From a virus (taxonomy: Duplodnaviria > Caudoviricetes), in IMG/VR virus record IMGVR_UViG_3300023218_000068, positions 1 through 25,856 of that record: a DNA stretch of 25,856 nucleotides; one strand, given 5' to 3'. The position numbers were made by a program, and so were the translations under genes. The notes under the pieces were generated by a model. That model saw only the letters and a program-made list of their open reading frames with translations. It was not told where the DNA came from and searched no databases. How positions within the stretch are numbered: the first letter of the stretch is position 1; the number at the start of each line of letters is the position of its first letter. This document shows, in pieces, positions 1-8,462 of this stretch.

Positions 1-341
1 TGCCCCCGAGCGTACTGTTCGGCCACTTCGACCGCGAACCGTGACCGCTCGTCGGTGAGCAAGTCCCAGACGGTGCGCCCGTCACCCAAGGGTGTGTGCC
101 GGACGCACCAGCAGGCGATCAGCTCGATCAGGTTTGCGCTTAAAAATTGCGGGTGGAGCACCACCCACAGCTTGGCGTCGGGAGGGATGGTTTTGTCCGG
201 AGCCGCAAGGATATCTAGAGCCGTCCAGCGCTCTCGGCCGCTCAGTGCGGCCCGGACCCTGTTTTCATTCCAGCACGGGCCGCGACTGAGTAACTCCTCC
301 ACAGCAACCTCGGGGAGTTTGACAATGGGCTTGGCGGTCAC
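1..341 (-). CDS. Phage hypothetical protein, runs off the left edge (not in ORF track)
   Basis: Own translation from GTG 341: MTAKPIVKLPEVAVEELLSRGPCWNENRVRAALSG...IACWCVRHTPLGDGRTVWDLLTDERSRFAVEVAEQYARG; RBS AGGAGG; GTGA overlap with the upstream stop. Confidence 0.8.
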   Translation of the reverse strand, partial: MTAKPIVKLPEVAVEELLSRGPCWNENRVRAALSGRERWTALDILAAPDKTIPPDAKLWVVLHPQFLSANLIELIACWCVRHTPLGDGRTVWDLLTDERSRFAVEVAEQYARG

Positions 342-550
342 GATTGTCCTCCTATGTTGAGTTCCTCGTCTCGGCGGATTTCTTCGTCGATGCATTCGAG
401 GCACATATATTCCCCGTCAGTCTCGTCCTCGGGGTTGCACACCCATTCGCTACAATCGTGGCAGTACTTATATTCACACGCCACGCAGAGGTTGAGGTCG
501 CTCATGTATTCGACCTCATCGCAAGTGCGGCATTTGACTAGGCGATCCAC
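338..550 (-). CDS. Small Cys-rich zinc-finger protein (four CxxC pairs)
   Basis: CRTC, CVAC, CHDC, CLEC; start reassigned to GTG 550 behind GGAGG. Confidence 0.75.
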   Translation of the reverse strand: MDRLVKCRTCDEVEYMSDLNLCVACEYKYCHDCSEWVCNPEDETDGEYMCLECIDEEIRRDEELNIGGQS

Positions 551-579
551 TGATTCCTCCAATAACACGAACCGGGGTT

Positions 580-813
580 TCAGTTGTCACGCTCGCCGTA
601 GAAGCTGTGAAGGACCGACGCGCGGCCCGCCTGGTAGGCCGCTTCGACCCCATCAGCGTGCAATTGCGCCGCGAGATCCAGCCGAGATTTGGCGAAATAG
701 ACAAGTTTCAGCACGGCCTCCTTTGTCGGCGTGTCGGGTTGACCTTCGAACGATTTACGCGCGTGTTCGACCGCGGCATTGGCCTGATCCTGTAAAATCT
801 TGAAGTCGTTCAT
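580..813 (-). CDS. Hypothetical helical protein, 77 aa
   Basis: ATGA overlap with the upstream gene; natural composition. Confidence 0.7.
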   Translation of the reverse strand: MNDFKILQDQANAAVEHARKSFEGQPDTPTKEAVLKLVYFAKSRLDLAAQLHADGVEAAYQAGRASVLHSFYGERDN

Positions 814-1379
814 GCTGTAATCCCACGGATCTCGTTTTGGATGCGCGCAATGGCGGCGGCGTAGCGCCGCCAGTCGTCGCTATGGACGGCGACAAGGTAG
901 CCCGGCCGATTTCCGCCCCCGAGGGCGACGACGGGGATGCGTTTCTCCCGGCCGCCATGCAACTGCGTGCGACTGACCAGCCGCCAGATCATGCGGGCGC
1001 CGGGGGCCGACGCTAACGCGGCGGTGCGGGCGGGATTGAGCAGTGAACCAAGGCTCGACGAATGAACGACATAAACGCTTCCTTGTTGCTCGTCGTGCCG
1101 ATCTTCCAAGCACAAAAGCGGGACTAACGTAGGGCTGGAGGTGGGCTTCCCATGGCCGCGCGATTCCGCCTTCCAGTTTGCGGACTGCGCCACTTCCCGC
1201 CAGTGATTGTAGATCGGCCAGCCGTCTCGCTTGTATTTCGCCTCCACATAAAAGACTGTGGAGGTCGAATCGGAGGTGGACTGATCCGCGCAGCCGCTGG
1301 AGCCGCTCAGCCGGTTTCGTTCCGCTCCGTGGTCGCGGGCCACGCGACGCTCAAATTGTTTCCACGAGGGATCGGCCAC
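810..1379 (-). CDS. Hjc-type Holliday junction resolvase / PD-(D/E)xK nuclease
   Basis: WKQFERRVA...R...SG...D...FYVEAK pattern typical of Hjc-like resolvases; lies in the recombination operon. Confidence 0.7.
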   Translation of the reverse strand: MADPSWKQFERRVARDHGAERNRLSGSSGCADQSTSDSTSTVFYVEAKYKRDGWPIYNHWREVAQSANWKAESRGHGKPTSSPTLVPLLCLEDRHDEQQGSVYVVHSSSLGSLLNPARTAALASAPGARMIWRLVSRTQLHGGREKRIPVVALGGGNRPGYLVAVHSDDWRRYAAAIARIQNEIRGITA

Positions 1380-1382
1380 CGA

Positions 1383-1604
1383 TCAATCTCCGAAAAAGGG
1401 TCTTGGGTCCAAAGCCCGGCCGGTGTTGGTTCGCGGAACGAGGAGCCTGTATTCCCGTTTAGGGCGACTCGCGACGAGGCCCTTGGGGCCGGGCGACGCC
1501 CGCTTCTTTTCCATGTTCTCGGCCTTGATGCGCGCGGCTTCGGCCGCGATTTGCTCGCGGCTGGGGACCCAGCGCCACTCTCCCTGTTCGAACGACCAAG
1601 GCAT
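1383..1604 (-). CDS. Hypothetical protein, 73 aa
   Basis: RBS GGGAGG upstream; fills the operon; PSREQIAAEAARIK helix. Confidence 0.65.
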   Translation of the reverse strand: MPWSFEQGEWRWVPSREQIAAEAARIKAENMEKKRASPGPKGLVASRPKREYRLLVPRTNTGRALDPRPFFGD

Positions 1605-1622
1605 GATGCGCCTCCCATCAGG

Positions 1623-1820
1623 TCAGTCGATCGTGAGCCGTGTTACGGGGACGTACTCCCGGCGTCTGTTCGGCGCGCCGGGCTTGGCGAGCAACAGACA
1701 ACTGATGACGAGTGCGTGTGAAACCTCGACGCCGTAGCGGCGCATGGCCTCGACTCTGATCTTGTCGCGATCGCGAAAGCCTTGGGCGATGAGGCGGCGG
1801 ACGGCTTCGGACCCGCTCAT
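1623..1820 (-). CDS. Hypothetical protein (MSGSEAVRRLIAQG...)
   Basis: Start reassigned to ATG 1820 behind AGGGGG; avoids overlap with the upstream gene. Confidence 0.6.
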   Translation of the reverse strand: MSGSEAVRRLIAQGFRDRDKIRVEAMRRYGVEVSHALVISCLLLAKPGAPNRRREYVPVTRLTID

Positions 1821-1833
1821 GGCATTCCCCCTG

Positions 1834-2043
1834 TTAGTTGCCATTCGTGAATGTGGCCCGTTGAAACGCGCGGGACTGTTCTTGTGACGCCTTGAAATCA
1901 ATGGCCGTCAGCAATTCGGCGGCCCTGGCGAGCAGGATGGCTTTCCTCCAGTTGTTGGTTTGGCTGGCCTCCGCCAGGCAATCGAAGAGCTTGTGTGACA
2001 GTCGCTCCGTCGGCTTGTGGTGAAACAGTTCGCGGTTGTTCAT
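1834..2043 (-). CDS. Hypothetical protein (MNNRELFHHK...)
   Basis: ATG 2043 overlaps the upstream TGA (ATGA); RBS GGGAG. Confidence 0.65.
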   Translation of the reverse strand: MNNRELFHHKPTERLSHKLFDCLAEASQTNNWRKAILLARAAELLTAIDFKASQEQSRAFQRATFTNGN

Positions 2044-2756
2044 GCTAAGTCTCCCTGAATGTCGGTGCCCTGTTCGGTCTCTTCCGATGATGGTTCGGGC
2101 GGGGGGACGTTTCCCGCCTCCGATTCCAACAGCGCGATGGCCGACTCGATGTCTTGCGGCCGAAACTCTTCCTCCCAGGGCGGATATCCGGCCAGGCGGA
2201 AGACTTCGCATTCGAGCCAGTACGGCGAGCTTGGCAGCTTGGCGCGCGACTGGAACCGCCGCCGCGCTTTATCCCAGAGTTCTCGCTGGCGTTCTTGGGG
2301 CTCACGCGCCTTGAATCGGAGCCGCTGGGCCAGCCGGCCGGCCCGGCATAGCACTTGCTCGCGGCTGAGTCGCTGTCCGAGCACGAAGTGGGTGTCATCG
2401 TGCTGTTCGGTCGATTCACTGCGCCGCCGTGTTCGGTGCCGATCGACGATTGACGCCATCTCTGTCAGGTGTAACGCGATGTCCGTCGGTCGGTATGGCG
2501 GGCGCTTCTCGGTCTTGGGCGTCCAGCGTGGCCGCTCGGCCAGTTCGCAGGACGCTTCGTCGAACTCTTCGACCGTGATGGCCTCGCGTTCGATCCAGCG
2601 TTGCCAGGGGCGAAAGAAATTCGCCCATTCCTCTGTGCCGTAGTCCGGGAAATTAGGGCTGGGGCACTGGTGGACATGTCGGCGAAACCAGTTCCAAAAG
2701 GAGGTTTGCGCTTTGGGCTGACGCCGCGTGTTGTTCGGCCGCGCCTGTGTTGTCAC
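2040..2756 (-). CDS. Hypothetical protein, possibly replication-associated
   Basis: GTG 2756 behind AGGAG directly after the dnaN stop; function inferred only from position. Confidence 0.6.
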   Translation of the reverse strand: MTTQARPNNTRRQPKAQTSFWNWFRRHVHQCPSPNFPDYGTEEWANFFRPWQRWIEREAITVEEFDEASCELAERPRWTPKTEKRPPYRPTDIALHLTEMASIVDRHRTRRRSESTEQHDDTHFVLGQRLSREQVLCRAGRLAQRLRFKAREPQERQRELWDKARRRFQSRAKLPSSPYWLECEVFRLAGYPPWEEEFRPQDIESAIALLESEAGNVPPPEPSSEETEQGTDIQGDLA

Positions 2757-2757
2757 G

Positions 2758-3963
2758 TCAGTCGCTCCTGAAGATAGGCGCGATGCAGGCCCGGAAGCCA
2801 TCGTCCGTCATCAGTTTGACCACTCGTTTCGGCGCGGCTGAGAAGTCGAGCCGAACCGTCGCGTCCTCGGCTAGCGGATTGAGGATGTCACGCAGGTGGC
2901 GACAATCAATCGCGACGCTGTCCTCGATCGGCGGGTTGCCCGCGCGTAGGACCCCAACCTCGAGGATTACCATGGAATCGCCGACACCGATGGCCGAAGA
3001 GTGCAGGCCGATGAGATTGTCACCGAGGGAGTCGAGATTGATTTCGACCGCCCGGCTCGTTTCGTCCAGTGTCACGGCCGCCTGACCGACGGCCCGGCGA
3101 AAGCCGCCGGCCTCGAACTCAATAACCGGACCGTCTCGCTCCGCTTCGGCCTGTTCGATTTCACGCCAGGGCGGGAACTGGCCCTCGACGTTCCGAGTCA
3201 GTAACGAAAATTTCCCGCAATCGAATATGACGCCCGCCTGGGCGCGGCCGGGCGGAAATTGCAAATGCAAATTCGCTTCGCTGAGTGTAAAGCCTGGGAT
3301 GGCAAGACAGCGATCGAGCAGGCTGAGCGACTTGAGCGGCAATATGAGCGGCGCTCCTGGCGGCGGCGATCCTCCGGGATCCGCTGCTATTTCTTGGACG
3401 TGCAGCCGCCGGCCGTCGGTGGCGACGGTGAACGACTCATCGCCGAATTCGAGGCGAACGCCCGCGAGGGCATAACGTATTGTTTTGGACTCGGTCGCCG
3501 CAGTTGTCCGGCGGATCGCTTGCCGGAACTGACCCGGATCCAAGAGCCAGCCACCGGCCGCAACATCCGGATCGGGAGGACTCGGGAATTCGTCTGGGTC
3601 GCCCGAGGGCAGGGTGAAGCTCGCCCGATCGGCCTCGATGCGAGTATTGTTGCCGACGCGCTCGAGATCCACCGTCTCGGCTTTTGAACGTCGAAGAAGA
3701 TCGTGAAGCTGGTGAGCCGGGATCAACTGCGTCTCGCCGATCGCCGACTCACAGGCGGCATCGGCCGCGTATTGCAGCCTCGTTGTGAGCCAGCACTCAT
3801 TGTCAGTGGCTTGAAGGACCGTTAGGTCTTGCTCATTGATCGTCAGGGCGATACATCGCGTCGCATCGTTGGCCGGGCGGCGCGGCGTAACGCCTGCCAA
3901 GAGGTTGACCTGTTCAAGGAGTTCTTTGCGATCGATGCTGACAAGCGGCAGTCGGTCACTCAT
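2758..3963 (-). CDS. dnaN: DNA polymerase III beta sliding clamp (divergent, phage-encoded)
   Basis: ATDNE, DPDEFP, RYALAGV, VATDGRRL, EGQFPPWRE motifs; 401 aa fits the three-domain clamp. Confidence 0.9.
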   Translation of the reverse strand: MSDRLPLVSIDRKELLEQVNLLAGVTPRRPANDATRCIALTINEQDLTVLQATDNECWLTTRLQYAADAACESAIGETQLIPAHQLHDLLRRSKAETVDLERVGNNTRIEADRASFTLPSGDPDEFPSPPDPDVAAGGWLLDPGQFRQAIRRTTAATESKTIRYALAGVRLEFGDESFTVATDGRRLHVQEIAADPGGSPPPGAPLILPLKSLSLLDRCLAIPGFTLSEANLHLQFPPGRAQAGVIFDCGKFSLLTRNVEGQFPPWREIEQAEAERDGPVIEFEAGGFRRAVGQAAVTLDETSRAVEINLDSLGDNLIGLHSSAIGVGDSMVILEVGVLRAGNPPIEDSVAIDCRHLRDILNPLAEDATVRLDFSAAPKRVVKLMTDDGFRACIAPIFRSD

Positions 3964-4459
3964 CGGGAGCCTCCCATTTGGACCACATGCCGCGCCGCCG
4001 TCGCCGTCGGCCGGGTTGGTTTTGCGGGCTGTCGTTGTTCTTGGGCTGTCCGCCGCGCGGCCCGTCCATTGGCCCGGCGGCCACGATCCAGGCGATTTGC
4101 TCGACCGTGAATCGTGATTGGCCGTGTTTGTCGAGCCATTGCGCGTAGTCCTTGTTGATCCAATGCCAGCCGCATTCTTCTTCGTCCGGTTGGAACACCT
4201 GGCACGCGATCAGCCGCTTGCGGGCGCGGACCAGTGTCATGCGATCGAAGGCCACCCGTGACAATGCGGCCAGATTGAGGCGGAACGGCCGGGGCTGACG
4301 GTCGCCTTCGAACAGGCCGGGGACCCAGGCGGCCTCCCGCGCCTGACCGAGCAGGTACACCTCCGCGTGTTCGAATCGGCCGATTTGGATCGCCCGATCC
4401 AGATCGGACGCCAACAGGTTGAAGCCGTCTCGTAGTTTGGCCGGGCCATCCCGAGGCAC
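3956..4459 (-). CDS. Lambda-O-like replication initiator, N-terminal winged-HTH domain only
   Basis: DGFNLLASDL ... RARKRLIACQVF ... INKDYAQW resembles the Phage_rep_O pattern (DGY..IAN.L ... INK.YSEW). Confidence 0.65.
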   Translation of the reverse strand: MPRDGPAKLRDGFNLLASDLDRAIQIGRFEHAEVYLLGQAREAAWVPGLFEGDRQPRPFRLNLAALSRVAFDRMTLVRARKRLIACQVFQPDEEECGWHWINKDYAQWLDKHGQSRFTVEQIAWIVAAGPMDGPRGGQPKNNDSPQNQPGRRRRRRGMWSKWEAPDE

Positions 4460-4507
4460 GCCACGGCCCCCATTGCAGGTACACGGTGTGACTCCGAATG
4501 AGAGGCG

Positions 4508-5530
4508 TCAGTCCGTCAGAAGGTCTTGCGGAATATGGTCGTTGTCATGGCTTTTGCCGGCCGGCTTCGGCCTAGGTTTGGGCTCCGGCTGTGGCGGTGC
4601 ATCCTCCGCCTCTAGGCCGCCGCCGTAATCGTCCGGGTTGATTGATGACTCCGGCTCGGGTTCCGGCTCCGGCTCCACGTCAACGACTTCGTCGGCCGCC
4701 GGCTCGGGTTGTTCGCTTTGGCGCTTGGCCTCCAGTTGAGCGGCCAGGGCCTGGGATTTTGACGCGGGCTGTGAAGTGACGTTGTAATTTTGGTCGTGCG
4801 CGTCGATGGCCGATTCGACTTCCGGCGTGTGGGGGATATACTTGAACAGTCGGCGGAGCGGGCACTTGAGCGCCTGTTGCTCCCACCAGTCCACCCAAGG
4901 CCCGCTCTCGTCCTTATTGAAGCGCGTCGCCGTCTTGTAACTCTCGGCCATGCGGTGCACGGCCTCGATTTCGTCGAGGTTCATGGTGACGATCTTCCAT
5001 TCGCCCGTCTTGAGCTTGGCCACGGCATAGACGCCGACCACATCGCCGCCGTCGCCGAAGACGATCGGCTCATGGCGGATGTAAAGCTCAGGTTGGTAGC
5101 GTAACTCGAATCGCCCGGACTCCATTTCCTTTTCGCGCACCAGCCGGGCGTCGATGAGTGACACCTGGCCGGATCGATAGGCCAGTTGTACCATGCCTTG
5201 GTAACCTATTTCAAAGTGGCATTCGTGGCCACTGACCTTTTTGTTGTATCGCGGCACCAGGTAGCATTGTCCGAGCCGAGGATTGAAGCTCAACCCAAGC
5301 TCGACGCCCTGGGTGATGGCCGAGACGATCGAGGGGAACGTGCAATCCCCGAGCCGTTCATTGTGGTGAATGACCGTCGAAATGACCTGGATTTGCTGCC
5401 TCGGATCGAGGCCGGAGGTGCCCGCCGCCTTCATGAAGCGTTCGATCATCGACGGCTTCTCAAGCTCTTGACGCACTCTCAGCGCCATGGGCTTGTCGTT
5501 GCCGTGTTGCTTTCGCATGTCTTTTGCCAT
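4508..5530 (-). CDS. recT: RecT-family ssDNA annealing protein
   Basis: LGLSFNPRLGQCYLVPRY, FEIGYQGMVQLAYRSG, VYAVAKL, GPWVDWWEQQALK; start ATG 5530 behind GAGGAG. Confidence 0.92.
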   Translation of the reverse strand: MAKDMRKQHGNDKPMALRVRQELEKPSMIERFMKAAGTSGLDPRQQIQVISTVIHHNERLGDCTFPSIVSAITQGVELGLSFNPRLGQCYLVPRYNKKVSGHECHFEIGYQGMVQLAYRSGQVSLIDARLVREKEMESGRFELRYQPELYIRHEPIVFGDGGDVVGVYAVAKLKTGEWKIVTMNLDEIEAVHRMAESYKTATRFNKDESGPWVDWWEQQALKCPLRRLFKYIPHTPEVESAIDAHDQNYNVTSQPASKSQALAAQLEAKRQSEQPEPAADEVVDVEPEPEPEPESSINPDDYGGGLEAEDAPPQPEPKPRPKPAGKSHDNDHIPQDLLTD

Positions 5531-5553
5531 TCGTGTCTCCTCTCGTGTTCTGA

Positions 5554-6567
5554 TCAATTGCGCTTCTTCGGGGGGGCGTAGACCCGATAATCGGTGTAGC
5601 ACGACTCGGGCACGGTATAGGCCGCGCGGCGGACATGGCGGGCCACGAACCGATAGCCGTCGGGCGTGATCGCCTCAGCGCGATCGCCGAGTTTTTCGGC
5701 GAGGCGGAAGCGTATCGCTTCCTGCCGCTCGCGCAGGGCTTTGATTTTTTGGCTGAGTTCGAGATACTCGGCCATCGACCATTCTTCAGAACGGTCGGTC
5801 CACTCCACCTCACCGTCACGGTTCGGGTGGAGGCGTGACAAGGCTTTAAGCCCGTCACCATTTTCCGGTAGTGGCGGCGGAACCCGTGGCACCAAATGCT
5901 TATTGACGAACCGGTAAGCTTCGTGAACGAGGTTGTCGATAAACCGCTGGTCGCGTTCCAGGTAATAGATCAACAGCCGTTCGTCTTCCGGGTCTTCCGC
6001 GCGCACCAACACGGCGACGCTGGCCCGCTTGGCGCCTGTAACCAGCATTTGCCAGTTCACTTGGCAGAGCCAGGCGTCGGGGATTTCGTCCGAGCCTTCT
6101 TCGCCGAGGTCGCGATAAGACGGCGACCAAGGGTTGATCGTCTTAGCCTCGACGATGGTGCCGTCTTCGGCGATCCCGTCGAGCGTGGCCGCACAAATCG
6201 GCTTGTCCGCGTGCAAGGCGTATACGCCGCGTTCGACGATCTTGATTCGCTGGGAATCCTGCCATTGGTCGAGGACTTGCGACTCCAATTGCAAGCCTTC
6301 GAGCATTGAGGGCGTTGGTTTGCGCGGCTCGGAAAGCCCGAGCTTGTCCATGTAGATGTCGGCCTCCGACGCCCAAGGCGACAGTCCAGTGATGGCCGCG
6401 ATGTCGGTCGCCGTGATGCGGTGCCGGCGGTCGGCCAGCCATGCGTCGCGATTCGCCTGGGGGTCGATCGGCGATCGCAGAAACTCCAAGCCGGCGACTG
6501 TGACGATTTTCCCATCTACTGAGGATGCTGCACGAATCCACTTTTGCTGTGCTTGCACGATGGTCAT
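5554..6567 (-). CDS. YqaJ-like viral recombinase exonuclease
   Basis: WLADRRHRITATDIAAITGLSPW, ATLDG, VEAKT, QVNWQMLVTG; adjacent to RecT; start ATG 6567 behind GGAGGAG. Confidence 0.92.
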   Translation of the reverse strand: MTIVQAQQKWIRAASSVDGKIVTVAGLEFLRSPIDPQANRDAWLADRRHRITATDIAAITGLSPWASEADIYMDKLGLSEPRKPTPSMLEGLQLESQVLDQWQDSQRIKIVERGVYALHADKPICAATLDGIAEDGTIVEAKTINPWSPSYRDLGEEGSDEIPDAWLCQVNWQMLVTGAKRASVAVLVRAEDPEDERLLIYYLERDQRFIDNLVHEAYRFVNKHLVPRVPPPLPENGDGLKALSRLHPNRDGEVEWTDRSEEWSMAEYLELSQKIKALRERQEAIRFRLAEKLGDRAEAITPDGYRFVARHVRRAAYTVPESCYTDYRVYAPPKKRN

Positions 6568-6971
6568 TGGTCTCCTCCGTTTATGCGCTTTTGGCGCAGA
6601 TGTTCCGACTGCTCGCTGAAGGCGTCGGCGAAGGCGGAAAAGGCGGTTTCGATTTGGTTCAGGCGACTCGTGATGCTCGCACTGTCTCGCAGCAGGAAAT
6701 TCTGCCGGCGGTGGATCACGCCCAAGCATTTATCGAGGCCGTCCGTGGTTGCCTTGGTGCGGTCTCGATAACTGTTGGTAGAGGTTCGCAGGCTTTCGAC
6801 GGTGCGTTCCAGTTCGCCGAGCGCCTTCTTTTGCTGGTCGTGTTCGTCGATAATCGAGCCGCAAAGATCGATGAGCCGATCGATCATGCGGTCTCTGTAG
6901 TAAAGGTAGACGGCTCCCGTGATGACGAACACGACTGGGATTGATATGGCGACGAAGTCGATCGCGGTCAT
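6564..6971 (-). CDS. Membrane-anchored coiled-coil protein
   Basis: N-terminal hydrophobic helix FVAISIPVVFVITGAVYLYY then helical heptads; RBS GGAGG. Confidence 0.75.
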   Translation of the reverse strand: MTAIDFVAISIPVVFVITGAVYLYYRDRMIDRLIDLCGSIIDEHDQQKKALGELERTVESLRTSTNSYRDRTKATTDGLDKCLGVIHRRQNFLLRDSASITSRLNQIETAFSAFADAFSEQSEHLRQKRINGGDQ

Positions 6972-7123
6972 GAGGATCCTCCGATCTCAGGAAGTTGCCC
7001 TGTTTGGGCGCATTCGCGGATGAGGCGTTCGCTGATTCCGAAGGACTGATTGTTGCGCTCCGAATAGGATTGCCAGGCCGCGAGACATACTTGTGCCTGC
7101 ATCGCCAAGTCCCGGTCTGTCAT
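6968..7123 (-). CDS. Small 51-aa protein (not in ORF track)
   Basis: MTDRDLAMQAQVCLAAWQSYSERNNQSFGISERLIRECAQTGQLPEIGGSS; RBS GGAGGT; ATGA overlaps at both ends. Confidence 0.75.
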   Translation of the reverse strand: MTDRDLAMQAQVCLAAWQSYSERNNQSFGISERLIRECAQTGQLPEIGGSS

Positions 7124-7539
7124 GGTGTGACCTCCGATTGCTCGCCCACGCGGTCACGGTAAAAGCAAGCGCGATCTCTGGCCTCCGCTTCGACGGAAGA
7201 CGCCAAGAGTTTGATCCTTTCGATCGGCTTGAGCAAAATGCGCTCGTTGCCGAACGGCCGGAACGGATGGAATGACTCGACTAAGCGATAGGACAGCACG
7301 CCTGGGAGCCAGCCCGGCGCCTGTTCCAGGATCGAGCGCGATTCGCACGCACCAATTGCGTCGTCAACGAACAGGACTTGTGACTGATCCGAAGCCAGCA
7401 AGAATCCCGCTGCGAATGGCGCGTCTGCGAAGCGGATGGCAGCCAATGGGAACTTCTCTTTGATCGCCCGCTTGACCTGGTCATCGCTGGTGATGACCAA
7501 GATGCGGAGTCTTTTGGGTTTTTTTCCGTCAGCCGTCAC
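7120..7539 (-). CDS. Stand-alone response-regulator receiver-like protein
   Basis: RILVITSDD (beta1), VLFVDD (beta3 Asp), LLKPI (beta5 Lys-Pro); GTG 7539 overlapping the upstream stop, RBS GAGGAGG. Confidence 0.6.
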   Translation of the reverse strand: MTADGKKPKRLRILVITSDDQVKRAIKEKFPLAAIRFADAPFAAGFLLASDQSQVLFVDDAIGACESRSILEQAPGWLPGVLSYRLVESFHPFRPFGNERILLKPIERIKLLASSVEAEARDRACFYRDRVGEQSEVTP

Positions 7540-7820
7540 GCCACACCCTCCTCTCCGATTTGCGCGGCGACCTGTTCGGGCGTCGTGCCCTCGGGGAACG
7601 CGATGTGCGGATAGGCGGCCTCCAGGCCGATCTGTTCTTCGTCGAGGCCGTCCGGCGTCGTCTCGACGTGACGGCGGTAGGCGCGCAGGAAGACGCGATA
7701 GCGGCGCCATGCACCTTCACGCGCGGCTCGGGTGAGTTGATGGTCACGCGAACGCTCGCCCCACGTTTGTGTTTGGGACTCCAATCGCGCGGCCCGATCG
7801 TTCCACTGTTTGAAGGTCAT
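7536..7820 (-). CDS. Hypothetical protein, 94 aa
   Basis: RBS AAGGAG; coupled to the next gene. Confidence 0.7.
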   Translation of the reverse strand: MTFKQWNDRAARLESQTQTWGERSRDHQLTRAAREGAWRRYRVFLRAYRRHVETTPDGLDEEQIGLEAAYPHIAFPEGTTPEQVAAQIGEEGVA

Positions 7821-7838
7821 CGGTCGGCTCCTTCGGTT

Positions 7839-8051
7839 TCAGTTTGACTCCGCATGGATTGAAGTTGGCGTGGATTGTCCATTCTCCGGCAGTCTCCCAA
7901 TCTCCCGGAGCTTTGAACGAACGAGCTGGTCGAGAGCCTCTCCCGGCCTGCAGTCGAGAGTGGCCGCCAGCAGGCGGACTTGGCGGACCGTGGACTCTCT
8001 CAGGTGGTAGCCGACTTGACGGGTCGGCTCCTTCGTCTCTTCATTGGTCAC
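7839..8051 (-). CDS. Ribbon-helix-helix DNA-binding protein, first gene of the early operon (Cro-like position)
   Basis: TRQVGYHL strand followed by two helices (ESTVRQVRLLAATLD / PGEALDQLVRSKL); RBS AGGAG. Confidence 0.65.
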   Translation of the reverse strand: MTNEETKEPTRQVGYHLRESTVRQVRLLAATLDCRPGEALDQLVRSKLREIGRLPENGQSTPTSIHAESN

Positions 8052-8114
8052 TGGACAGTCTCCTATGTTTGACGGCCCGATCGTGTGTGTGTCCGATCGT
8101 CCGCTCTGAGGCCC

Positions 8115-8142
8115 ATCCTAGATAGATTTCCTTCAAGATCAA
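8115..8142 (-). promoter_or_regulatory. Candidate sigma70 promoter for the leftward early operon
   Basis: Minus strand TTGATC-16 nt-TAGGAT about 65 bp upstream of the RHH gene. Confidence 0.4.
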
Positions 8143-8148
8143 GGGGGT

Positions 8149-8189
8149 TCCGAGAGAAAATTCTCAAACCCCGATACTTTTTTCTCGGA
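8149..8189. promoter_or_regulatory. Inverted repeat / candidate operator in the divergent control region
   Basis: TCCGAGAGAAAA (8149-8160) and TTTTTTCTCGGA (8178-8189), 11/12 complementary. Confidence 0.4.
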
Positions 8190-8249
8190 TTTCGCTGAAG
8201 CTCTTGAGGCCACTAGACTTACGGAGTCCGCCCGGTTAAAGATTCCTCC

Positions 8250-8462
8250 ATGAATTTCGCCGACCGGCTCTCAAAGCTGATCCATGACTCCGGCCGAAGC
8301 CATGAACGGCTCGACGCCGACGAAGTGATCCGCCGGCTTGCGACGCCCTCAATGCCGGCGCGGCCTCCGGTCGCGGAGGTGCCAGTGCAAAGGGAAGGGG
8401 AGGGTGATTTCCTGGCCGGGTCGAACAGGCCGTCAGGCCGGAGGGCGGCCGGGGATTTCTGA
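8250..8462 (+). pseudogene. XRE/cI-like repressor remnant with apparent in-frame loss of the HTH
   Basis: MNFADRLSKLIHDSGRSHERL is a typical XRE helix1-helix2 start but jumps to DADEVIRRLA; divergent from the early operon; no RBS (leaderless-like). Confidence 0.5.

Noticed and set aside
8083-8092. Short (GT)5 run between two CGATCG sites in the early leader
   Set aside because: Too short to support phase variation
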